Assembly (NCBI RefSeq): GCF_000150275.1
Contig: NW_002060957.1
Location: 124,001-188,000 of the forward strand
Source of the DNA: Trichoplax adhaerens
Taxonomy: Eukaryota > Animalia > Placozoa
Direction: 5' to 3'
DNA: 64,000 nucleotides
Position 1 is the first letter of the stretch; each line of letters begins with the position of its first letter. This document shows, in pieces, positions 1 through 12,544 of this stretch. A model generated the notes under the pieces. It made no database searches. It was given only the letters and a program-made list of their open reading frames with translations, and had not been told where the DNA came from. The translations under genes were made by a program, and so were the position numbers.

Positions 1-3000
1 TTAAAAAATGTCTACAAACTATTCCTCCTACGATGTCCGCATCCAGTCTCATTTGCTGGCATGCTGGAAATGAGTTCGATATTTTTACCGGTAGATGAAA
101 GTTGGCAATACTATTTGAATACTGTCGAATATACCTATCAGGACTTAGAAAACGAATTGAATACGCTGTTGAAACATTTAGCTGATGATGCTTGTCATTT
201 ACTCCGGAACGATAGGTAAGCTACTGAACATGCAGAGACTGTAGCTTTTTATAAATAGCTTGGATTGTACAAGTTCTGTACGTGTATATTTAATTTGTAA
301 CGGCATATGTTTAAAAATGTTGGAATTTGTTTAAAAGAAGAGACGATGATATACCTTTCTATAGAATTGCACTCATTCTCCAATAAAAAATTGGACTCCA
401 AAGGATTGATGATAACCTTCAAATTTTAAATATCGTCTAGTTATTACTTTTTGATCTTTATGTGGTATCAACTACTTGTAATATCGATACTAACTTTATA
501 TCGCAAATGATTCATGCCTGTAAATATGTACTTTAACTTAAATATTAGTAATAAAAATGTCTTAATCTCTCATACTACTAGATTCCGCGATGATCCTTGG
601 CTATGGAGCTTAAACTGGAATATTAAACGTAACAGTTTAAAGAGTTTATCTAATATTTCAAAAAAACTACTAAAAACTATAACGGGAGAGTTAACAGAAA
701 ATATTGATGATAAAATACTGGAGGAACGACTAAAGTTACAGAAAGAAAGATTGCATGCGAAAAGGGGATCGCAAAAAAGTGGCTACCCAGAGTAAGCTTA
801 AAGTTAATACTGTAAATGGCACTACATTGTGTACCAAATGTTAACATTGTTATCGTATCCCTAGTTGGTACGCAGATTTATGCCCTCCATTATATATCAA
901 ATCAGAACTAAATTCTAAATGGAGATCTTCACCTGTCAACATCAGCCCAACTAAACGTATCGTACCTTTACTACTACGTTTAGCTTACAACAATAATCCT
1001 GTATATTATGATAAAAAGTATGGTTGGGGTTATTTAGTATTACGCCAAGATGCAATAGCAGGTTTGTAATCATTAATCAAATCATAGTTTAATATTAAGA
1101 CATACTGACTCTTTATCTGATAAGCAAGTGTTGATATTTGTCTTTCTACAGATGAAACGTTATACGGGACATCACATAAGGAAAAATGCGGTAACGGAGA
1201 TACCGACGAGCAAAAGTTACAATTCCCTGTCAGGTAACATACCCTAAATGATATTGTTTCGAATATAAGCATGAAATTGTGATGATTAAATTTTCTATAA
1301 AAACAATATCGTTACTGTCCTGATTTAATAGATCTTGGTTAAAAATACTCAAAGAGCGCAAAAATAATAGCCATGATGGCCAAGCATGTATTAAAGCATT
1401 AGATACTAGTCAAGTTGACTATTTTAATCCAATAGACGTCGAACTTGAACCAAGGCGTAACTTATCACAAGGAGATAAATTACTGGGACCCTATACGATC
1501 GATATTCCTGGTGTCGATTTCTACAAAATACCTCATAAGGTTTGCATAGATTATGATTAGCTCAATTACTATCACTGTATGTTAGTTTTATGGTATTAAA
1601 GTATAAAACTTTTCACAATATCTTTAGGATGGTTCTCACTTAAGATGTGGAAGCCCATTATCAAAGGATTACCTTAAACAATACGAGGATGGCACAATTA
1701 CTTCGTTTGGAAGTGATATTGCTAAGCGTACAGTTGAACTTAAATTAATGCTTAGTTACTGGAAGAATGCTCATGATCGAGTCAGAAACCAATTTGTCGT
1801 ATATTACAAACATGATGAAATTGCCGATTCTATTCGAAAGTAGCTGCCAAAAATATTCTTCTTACTATGAACTCTTTGTATTGTTTCGGTAGTATTATAT
1901 TTAAGTATCTACACTTACTATTAAATTGTTCTAGCCATTCTCAATTCAAGCCACTCCAAAAATACGGTGCTATTCTACCACCGGTTGCACCGGCAGGGAC
2001 TGTTACACGTAGGGCTGTGGAAGCCACATGGCTAACAGCAAGTAACGCCAAGGTAGCTAACTCTTTAGGTTGCTTCGGTACAATCCCGATTCTAGTTAGG
2101 GCTAATTTACTCGAAATGTGCTGGAAATGTTTATTAGTAATTATTACAATTTACCAACCACTCGTACAGTTGCAATAAATAAATAAATAATGTAGTTATT
2201 GCTGCCAATCTACCAATGCTGTAGTTGATAGTTTCGATAATATCATCTTCCACTTCTACCAAAATAATAATAGTGATGTATTTATTAACTAATAACTCTT
2301 ATTCGTAGTGCTACACGTAGTAAAATACAGTCAACAATAGATAAATTATTTCAAATAGGAAATGTCTTCAAGCTTGGAGTTGAATTATTTCTTATCTATG
2401 ACATTATCGATATTTTAAAGGCTAATAGAGTTGGATCAGAACTGAAGGCGATGATTAGAGCTCCTCCTGGTTATCATTTTGTCGGAGCAGATGTAGACAG
2501 TCAGGAATTATGGATTGCGGCTTTATATGCTGATGCCCGTTTTGGACGTACACATGGTAACTTACAAATGCAAATATTGTACTAGCTACTGTATGAGATT
2601 CTAGCAGTGCCACGATTAGCAAAATTGATATGATGGATAATTCAATCAATTGATTATTGAGGTTGTACTGCAATTGGATGGATGACGCTTCAAGGTAAAA
2701 AGTCACAAGGTACTGATCTCCATAGTAAAACAGCTGAAACCGTGGGCATATCGCGCGATCAAGCCAAGGTATTTACTCTAAGATACTACTACTATAAAAT
2801 GTACTGCATTTTATTGATATTTCTAAGTATTTCCAGAAAATTTAATGCTAATATCGTTTACATCCGATAGACTTTTAACTACGGCAGGATTTATGGTGCA
2901 GGATTAAATTACGCGCAAAGATTAATGCGTCAATTTAATCCTTCAATGACTCTAGAGGATGCAAGCGATAAAGCTAAAATATTATACGCCTCTACTAAAG

Positions 3001-4662
3001 GAATAACAATGTAAGCTTTAGCTGATTACTTTAAAATTGATTTACTACATGAAGTATGTTTCTGTAGCATTAGTAATTTTATGTCCACTTAGATATAAAT
3101 TAACGCGCAAAGGGAAGAAGATTTTGCAGAAATTAGATCCTGATACTATTCTCGATGACGACTGGATTGATACTACAGGCCATGAAATCTTACGTAAACA
3201 CCTCCGGGGCAAAAAGTTGGATTCGTGAGTGTTTTATAACCTCAATGTAAAATATATGCTTTAATTCAACTACTACGAGTATGCATGTGATAACGTACTA
3301 TCTGAACCAGCAAGCACGAAATAATGTACTCTAGATACTTCTTTATTATCGAGGCCTTAACTTTGCGCAGTATATCAAATCCGTGCTGAAAAAATTTACT
3401 AATAGTTAATATCATTATATTTGCCATATTACAAATGTTTAAGCGTATGTAAAAGTATGACGTGAGATTAACAGTATGTTGTTTCTATTTATATTATTAT
3501 ATGAACCTTACAGATACATTAAGAGTAAAAGCAAGCAATGGATTGGTGGAAGGTAAGAAAAATAACTGCACATGGTTACTTTGTGCATGTGGCAGCTCGA
3601 AAATTATGTCTAAAAGTACAGAGGAATGTGTTTTTATTAGAGTTTCATTTAACTTTCACTAATAGTGAATCAGAAATGTTTAACGCATTGGAAGCAATTG
3701 CTTTATCGGAAAAGCCTAAAACGCCTATTTTGGAATGTCGAATTAGTCAAGCCTTAGAACCTAAAGTTGTTGGTAATGCTGTAAGTAGATAATTTCATGC
3801 ATGAAATATTGGAGACATGTTCTATCATTGTTTTCAGCTAGCGCGTAAATGAACCGATTAATACGATAACGACATTGCTGATCTAACTTCGATATAATTT
3901 TATTTCTCCTAGTATTTACCAAGTCGCATTAATTGGGTTGTTCAATCCTCTGCTGTGGATTATTTACATCTAATATTAGTCTGCATGAGATGGCTGTTTG
4001 AAAAGTACAACATTAATGGAAGATTTTGCATCAGTATCCATGATGAGGTTCAAACTTCATGATATTTGTATTTCTGTATCAAGTCTATATTGATTATCTT
4101 AATATTTCTGTAACCTTCACATATGGTTAGGTCCGCTACTTGGTTAAAAGTGAGGATCGCTTTCGGGCTGCTCTAGCTTTGCAAATTACAAATTTATTAA
4201 CAAGAGCTATGTTTGCGCATAAAATAAAAATCTACGATTTGCCTTTGGTAATTCATTATACCAGTCTCTTTATTAATAAAAGATATCTTACCCAGCTAGA
4301 GTACTAATTTGCAACTAATTTTCATTCTGATAATGCATATATCCGTATACTTATATATATATATATATATGTATGTATTTATTGATTTCTAGTCCGTAGC
4401 ATTTTTTAGTGCTGTTGACGTTGATACCGTATTAAGAAAGGAACCCGACATGGACTGTAAAACACCCACTAATCCATTAGGCTTGGAAAAGGGTTACAAT
4501 GTACCTCCAGGTATTGTACATTAATTTTATTTAACTAATAAACATCGACATTCAGAAACTCTTTTGGGCTATCTAACATTTATTTTATGACTAACACTTA
4601 TCACAGGGCAATCATTGGATATATATGACATCTTGAAACTTACAAACCATGGCAAATTTTGA
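1..4662 (+). CDS. POLG: Mitochondrial DNA polymerase gamma catalytic subunit, 5'-truncated by window edge, ~17 exons
   Basis: Spliced translation gives [47 protein letters not shown], Pol motif [19 protein letters not shown] (~2469-2522), [17 protein letters not shown], motif B SRDQAK|[28 protein letters not shown], motif C ISIHDE|VRYLV and QSLDIYDIL. Stop TGA at 4660-4662. Confidence 0.97.
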
Positions 4663-5559
4663 ATACATGTTGATTCCTAATCACATGAAAATTAAATCAC
4701 GAAATCTGCTTTTATGTAAACCTTAACCAGCCTGTATAACATTGCTGTAAGGACTACACTTGAATATGGAATTATTAAAATTTGCAATTTGAAATTAAAA
4801 CTATAACAAGGTATGATTTAGTAAGTGATCATTCCGATTGGGTGTAGGTCGTTTTATTAAGGAATGATTTACAAACACTTTGTATTTTAATGAAAAATTA
4901 CTGTACAATTATGAGCATATATTGTACTTAAGATGAATAATACGATTAGAAATATGTCAGCGCTACATTAGTGTATCTAAACAAAATATTTAAAATGCGT
5001 ACCCAATTGGTTAAGAATACATAAAATTTGTAAATAGCTAATGCTAGAGATAAAGACAGCAGTTCATATAGAGTAATTACTGATCTAATGCATATATTCA
5101 TCCGGTGTTGATGCTAACAGTTGGTACGTTGTTGAGTACTTCGAAAATGACAGTTCTAACAAATTTTATGCACCGTTGTATGCATACTTTAAGAAACCTC
5201 AGAATTGCTTAGAGAGCTGCTTATTACGTGTTTGCAAGCATGCAACTTTTATATAACTTTAGATGAAATCAAGCAAATAAAAACGACGATATACATAATA
5301 AAATATCGTGATTTAGTCGATGTTTCAGAATAGACCATATTCATATCGTCATAACTTTCGGCTACTGCGGATATTACTTATTAGAACGGCACTTTTCGCT
5401 TCCAAAACGTGTTCTTGCATTTGTTAGCAAGAATGGCTCACTGTATGGTATATTCAAACAACTAACCTATTTAATGCTTATATCGCAGTCATTTTTACTT
5501 TTTCTACTAAATTGCTTATTCTCGCCTAATTTTGCATCAATATTTTTCAGTATCAAATT

Positions 5560-6627
5560 TTAATTGGCTACTGGTGGCATGCGAAAGATGGTAGAACGGC
5601 GCGATGTCAATGGAGAAATAGTCATCATTAGATTCCATCCATCTCGTATTTTATGCCGTACTGCAGATGCCAATAGTAAATAGAGGATAGGATTAATAGC
5701 TGGATAGCAAAATGCAAACAATGTTGCTGCTACTATAGCTTGCATTAGAACTACAGAACGGTTGTCTGTAACAAGAAAGATATAATAACAGATAACAAAC
5801 GGTACCCAAAAAATGAAAAAGGTTCCTGTAGTTAACACACCATTACGAATAATCACTGTGGATCGCCGGTTCATTCTGGAAATTGCTTGAGCTGAACGAT
5901 AATCCATTTTAGTTGTTGTTGTACGACGTAATTGTAATCGACTGCGTGTTACGATGAAATAAATTTTAATATAACTAGCAATAAGGATGACAGAAGGGAG
6001 TAGAAATAGTAAAATAAAAATTGTAGAATAGTAAATAGACATTTGAACCGTTGTTATCGATTGAAATCTAGATAGATTTTCTCGTATGCCAATACCTAAA
6101 GTTGCTAAAGGCAAATATGATACCGCTAGTGAAATAGACCAAATGAGGGTCAATAAAATACATAAGCGTCCTTTAGTAAAGATATAACGATAACGTACCG
6201 GACTAGCAGCGGATAAGAAATTATCGATAGCAATTAAACAAATATGTAAATTAATATTGACACATAAACCAATGCCAGTAAAAGGTAATAATACATGTAA
6301 GGTAGCATTTTCTCCTAGATAGGGTAGCAATCCCTTATAAGGGATAACGTATGCACAAGCAAACAGAATACTAACTAAGTTAGAGCTCATTTTGAAACAA
6401 CGGGAAGTCCACGTAGTAATGTATCTAGCTTGAAAACGATATAATATTAGCATGGTGGTAAGATTGCTAATGAGCGTAATCACACCTATAACGATAAAAC
6501 CAATATGAACTGGTGATAAAACCGTTCTTCGACGATTAGGTGGAATGGCAGTATTAAAATTATAGCAGCTGAAATAATCATTATGAAATAGCCAAAAATG
6601 GCTGCAATTCATAATACTAGTAATCAT
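5560..6627 (-). CDS. Intronless rhodopsin-like (class A) orphan GPCR, 355 aa
   Basis: Seven hydrophobic segments; TM3 LIAIDNF followed by SPVRY, TM4 W, TM5 FLLP..ILIASY.KIY, TM6 FFIFWVPF, TM7 INPILY. Confidence 0.9.
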   Translation of the reverse strand: MITSIMNCSHFWLFHNDYFSCYNFNTAIPPNRRRTVLSPVHIGFIVIGVITLISNLTTMLILYRFQARYITTWTSRCFKMSSNLVSILFACAYVIPYKGLLPYLGENATLHVLLPFTGIGLCVNINLHICLIAIDNFLSAASPVRYRYIFTKGRLCILLTLIWSISLAVSYLPLATLGIGIRENLSRFQSITTVQMSIYYSTIFILLFLLPSVILIASYIKIYFIVTRSRLQLRRTTTTKMDYRSAQAISRMNRRSTVIIRNGVLTTGTFFIFWVPFVICYYIFLVTDNRSVVLMQAIVAATLFAFCYPAINPILYLLLASAVRHKIRDGWNLMMTISPLTSRRSTIFRMPPVAN

Positions 6628-8362
6628 AATGATCCAGAATCAAGGTAGATGAGATTTAATAGAAGAAATTTATCTCCTTGGAGTTACCAAATAGTAAACA
6701 CTATTATGGAAGATACAATAAAGCAGATTATTAATTTCAATACAGTAGCACAGAATATTGAGCAAGTGGATTTAATATTTCCGAAATAAGCCTATATCAG
6801 TAATTCGTTATAACGAATATCAAAGACGGAATCCAATGACGAGCAGTCTGTTAATTTCAGTAGAGTAGAATAGAATCTTGAGGTTAAACTTTTATAAGTA
6901 ATTGGTTACAGCGAATATCAAAGATGGAGTCCAAGGGCAGGTAGACTTTGGATTGAATAGTTGCAAATTATGCGTATACAGTTAAATGGTTATAGCCAAT
7001 AATAAAGATGTTACCAAAGTGCAAGTAACTTTTAATTTAATGCTTTCTCAATACAAGTATATATGTAAATGGTTATAGCCAATATTAAAGATATCGCTAA
7101 AGAACCCGATTATTATGGTATGATAAAATCCTGGATAACTAGATCTGGCTATTTTTTAACTCGTATAAAAGGCATGATCGTTATATTAGTATCAAAGTTG
7201 TAATAAAATACTTTTTACTTGAGTACTGTATGACAAAATCTTAAACAAGGAGATATGAATTAGATATTTTCGATTTATATACTAGATAAATAGTTTTAAT
7301 CAATATCAAGAGGTAATCAAATTGTATTTCAAAGTAGGATCCTTAGCAACCAGATATTTTCAATGTAAGTTTAAAAATAAGTTGTTACAGCGCTATCCAA
7401 CTTATAATCCGATATTCTAAATTTTGGGGCGATACCACAGAATTTTCAGCTAGAAGGCTAGAATTTGATACTTTCCATTTCTACACCAACGGCATATAGG
7501 GTATTTGGTTATTTGCGCGTGGTTTCTATCACAATTATAACTAAGTAGCCTGATTTCAGTAAGATACAGTATAATTTAATTTCCAACAGTCACGTTTGGA
7601 TATTTCCAATTTCTAAATGAGAAAAATTATTACAGCTGTAAGAGATATAATTAAATGCTTTTTATTTCAGTGCTAAAAGGCAGAATCTCAAGCCAAAAGA
7701 ATTTGAATTTAATGTTTTTAAACTATACTCATGTATACCTGCTGTAGAACAGATTACCTTGAGACGTAAGTGGTTACTTCGAGTACTTTAATTTGAGTAT
7801 AGATTGATAAAACCTAGATATAAAGATTTGGATTAGATATTTTCTAATTTGCATCTAAACATAAATATTTCGGGTTGACAGGCAGGAAAACAAATAAATT
7901 GTGAAGCGATAGATTACCTTTCAAATAAACAGTTGCATAAGCTTGAAATTTAACACTGTCTGCACAGCAGTGAGGGTTATTAATATACTGGTTCAAATTT
8001 TCTGCCTAAACAAATAAGGAAATATCAAGTATTACGAGAAATGGCATCAATAACTACAGTAGAGTAGTCTAAAAGAACGAAAAGGTTATTTAATCTTAAT
8101 TAGATTATTCCCTATTATGATCTAAGTAACTTTTTAATTCAAAATCAAAAATAATTCGCAGAGTTTTTCCTCTTAAGGTTATGATGATGATGATGAAGAA
8201 ATACAGAACGAAAATAGAAGTTCTTTGAATAACTTGAAATAATCAACATATTTTGATTACATAAACAATGACAGACAATGATGAAAATAACAAGATAATG
8301 ATAGAAGCTTCTTTAAGAAGTCCTTATTATATCAATAGTTACAATTGAAGAATCTTAATTAT

Positions 8363-8680
8363 GGATGATAGGGGATGATGGAGAACAATAAGATCAAAAT
8401 AGTAGTATTTCCTATTACAATTTCCGATAATCACTAAATTTCCTTATACAAGTAGAGACATTGATAAATTACTCATATTACTTTAAATATCACTGAAATA
8501 AAAGACAGAGGACTTCAGTTTGGGATGACGGAGGATAATGGAAAACAATAAGATTAAAGTAGTACCGTATTTTCTATAACTACGATAATCATCAAATTTC
8601 CTGGTATAAGTATAGATGGACACCGACAATTTGCTCATATTTTATTAAATATGACTGCATTAAAAGAGAGAGAGCTTTAA
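8363..8680. repeat. Diverged tandem duplication, ~160-bp unit x2
   Basis: GGATGA..GGA(T)(G/A)ATGGA.AACAATAAGAT.AAA.TAGTA...GATAATCA..AAATTTCCT...CTCATATT...TTAAATAT.ACTG...TAAAAGA appears at ~8363 and again at ~8523. Confidence 0.6.
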
Positions 8681-11600
8681 TTTTTGTAATTTATATCTCT
8701 AAGTCAATCCAGTCTTTATTAATTCAAAGATTTTAGTAAATAATGGTAAACATTCACTGTAATACGATGTTTTATTGTTGTCTTATGAGAATAACAGTCG
8801 GAATCAATTATACAAATTCATATCATTTTCCTATAAATTTTTGTTTCACCTTAAAAGACTGTATTAATAGGTCAAGAATGGGTAATAAAGATTTCATTAT
8901 CTTATAATTATTTATCAACATAAGTAGACTAACTTATAGATGTAAATAGAAGGGAAAATAGTTAGTCTGTTATATCATATCATGAATAATTCGATTAATA
9001 TAACATGGATATCAAATATTTTTTAAAGCTTGATTTAATAATAAAGAATTATGATAAGTTACTATCTATTTGTTTATCATTTTTAATGTCTCATAACCTA
9101 CTATTCTATTCACTGATCCTATAATAGATTAACATTGATCAAAGGAAGCTGTGTACTTCTCATCAATTTATAATCATCATATCAAATCCTGATCACTATA
9201 GAGCCAGTAGCTTGAATATAAGCTAATGTAATGAAAAACCTGTATAATTATGTCTTAATGTGCTATCTTTACGAGTAAGATTATCAATAATTGCCTAAAT
9301 ATAATAACTTTGAATAGTTCCTATTTGAAGTTAGAAATAATAGCTTCCTGTAAAAATAATTCATGATGTTAATCATGTAGAACATGCAGCTCGTATGAAA
9401 GTTGATCGTGAGAATAGTTATCAAATTGAAAATATCTTTCGGAAAATAATTAGTAATTGTTTAGACCTAATAGCTGGAACTCAAATCAATGGCAGTAATT
9501 GCGTAATTTAATTTCTTAATAGCATTACTTTAAGCGTACTAGTTCTTATAGTGCTTTAATAGTACACTTTGATTGCCGCATATTTATAAAGTACGAAACA
9601 ACCTATCTAAAATTGATTGAATACAACAGATTTAAATAAATTCTACTTACTAGTTAGTGATCATTCTCATGCATTATTCTTACACACTATTAATTGTTTA
9701 GAATCGGTAGCTAAAATAGTAGTTGATGATTGGAAAAACGTATTTTAATTCGTATTACATCACTTTCTCATAACACCTTATTTTAGCCGTACTTTTATGA
9801 TGTATTCATCACTGAAAATAGATTACTTATAATAAATACATATGTAGTAGATTTAAAATTGATTAGATATGGCAGATTTAGATAAGGTCAAATTCTATCT
9901 GGCCGGAGCTTCTTGCATATGTGATAATATAATTATTGATAGCCTAGTATAATACAGAAATTCCAATACTATCAGATTCGATATTCAATCAAGGTGTAAT
10001 GTCCTGGAGAACACTGTCCCATCGCCATATTCCTATCGCTTAACCTCTAGAAATTTATGCTTGAAATAACAAAGTAAAAGTAGATTTTCTAATACTAATC
10101 AATTAAATCGATGACTAGATAACATTTGCTTACTATTAAATATTTATCATCAACTATCAAATTAAATCGGATTGTTACGTATGGCACCGAAACCCTAGCA
10201 CCCGATATTTAATTTTAATTCAATTGAGCTTTAACGCGACATCGTAGTTAATATTTCTTTAGTGCTATGCTTTATTGCTATCACCTGTCTCCAAAATTTC
10301 TAGACTAGGAAAATTTTTAATCGAATTCATTCCAATTATTTTCCATTGACGTCAAGTTTGCGGTAGAAACAATAGTTTTGGCGTCCAACTAACTTTCTAT
10401 AAAGGTATTTGCAAAGCAATATTCTTAATATGCACATATTAGACTCTACTTTAATCGATCTGTTGTTTATGATCATCTTGCCAAGTTTGCATGAAGACGT
10501 TATTCTCAATCATACTGATATTACCGTATTTTAATTCTAAGCTTAATTCTATATAGATTCATTGCCTTTTTATTCAATTAATGCAGCTAGAGCGAAGAAG
10601 AATGATACTATTGTTTCTCTTGTTTAAGTTCATTCAAAGTTAAAAGATGCATTATTTTGTGTTAAGCAATAAAGTGAGCCTTTCTGATCTCGTTCTCTGT
10701 AGCTTTTGTTAGCAATATAGTCCAGATAATTAAATTATGCTTGAAGAAATGGAGCAATTTATAAAGAAAAGATGATTGGGCAAATAGGTAAATCATAGAA
10801 AATGACCGCTAGATTGTATTTAATTTAGTACTTGTACTTCCTATCTGAATCAATTTATGGACGTTATCGAATAATATATTACGGTTGAATATCGAAATTG
10901 CCAATCATCTCAATACCATCTGATGTTATAAAACGACGTAATTATATGACATCTTTGACATTATAACTAAAACTTTATTAATATTTACAACACATTCTGA
11001 TAATTGTAATGATCCAGGTAATGTAAATTAGGCACAATATTCGTATATGTTGATAGTGGCTTAATTTCATGGGACTTATATCTTCAGCTCAAGGTTTTAA
11101 TTATTTTAATAGGTTACGCTATTGGACATCCTATCGCTACCATTAATGCAGCATATACTAAGATCAAGGTGTTTCACAATAATTGCTATAGAACCGAATT
11201 CAAAGTTAAATAGATTGATAAGTGCATGATTAATATATTCTCGGGTTAGAATTAATTCATATCTGTAAGTTTCGAAACAAGGAAGTATCTTGAGGTAGTT
11301 CTTAACTATTAGTATAAATATGTGAGACACTAATGGATATTCTAATGATAGCGCCGAAATACAATACTCTTTTATTTTGTAGCAGTTACTCTAGCAATCC
11401 TAGTTTACGTAAGTAAATTCTGATCAACCATCCTTTAAGTCAATTTCAGAGTTCCCCTACTTACTTTTTCACCTATTATTCATTCGAAATACAGTATACT
11501 GTAAGTTTAATTGAATAGCAGTATGAAAAATGGGATCAATTACGCTAGTAGACATTAACAGTTAATTATGTAAATTTAAATCCATAGCTAGGATTAAATA

Positions 11601-12544
11601 TAAACGAATTATTTCACTCAATGGGGTTCTATTTAGTTGGTGTCATCGAAAAGCTGATTCTTTATGATAGAACCATTTCAACATAATTAGTGCTTTGTTC
11701 TGTAACGCAACAACTGGAAATTAGTCACTAAATACCGGCGATACAATAACTTCTAATTGAGTTTATTTATTAAAAACTATGTTACAATGACTGTATCGAT
11801 AACTTCAATCATCTGATTGTTAATTCTTGTATTACTGTAGTATCACCATAGGATAAATATACGTGACTACGCTATCATTAATTATCGTTACTTAGAATTA
11901 ATATTTTAGATAGAGCAGTAACATTTTCAGTACTATTTACAGTACGTGAATAGAATGGCTGCATTGTATACAGTAAACAAGAATTTGGGAGTCAAAACAG
12001 TCATACTACAATTGCTATCATATTTTGAATCATAAAACTGTCTATATGTCGTTATAATGACATTTCAAATAGCTTAAGTCGAATATAGGTATGCATTACT
12101 TTATGCAGTTGATTATTCATGTTAAAGCCTATCAAAGTGGCGATAAACCAGAAAAATAATATTAATATATTATTTCGCTATAGGATTCTTTGGAATATAT
12201 TATAACAACGAGAAAATGCATACCATACAATCTACTATGAAATAGGTCACCTTTAAAATGTTATATTTAAAATATACAGTCAATAAATCTTAGATATTCT
12301 CGCTACTATGACCGTTATACAACTAAGAATGTATCGAGAGTAAAGTTACAGATCGTTGAAAAAATTTCGAGCAATAAAATTATTTTACGCGAGCCCATAT
12401 GTAAGGATAACCACCTAGTGGTAAGAAGTACCCTTTATAAATCATATTAATTATCAAGTTCGGTATCATCGAGCGTTACAACCTTCTTTGCAAAATTGTA
12501 GCGTACAAACGTTAAAATTTGTAAGTTCTTAAATCTAATTCTGC

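Noticed and set aside
8700-12500. Hidden gene in the long AT-rich interval between the GPCR and EFL1 (including ORF 11106-11330)
   Set aside because: No recognisable protein motif or consistent exon chain by eye.
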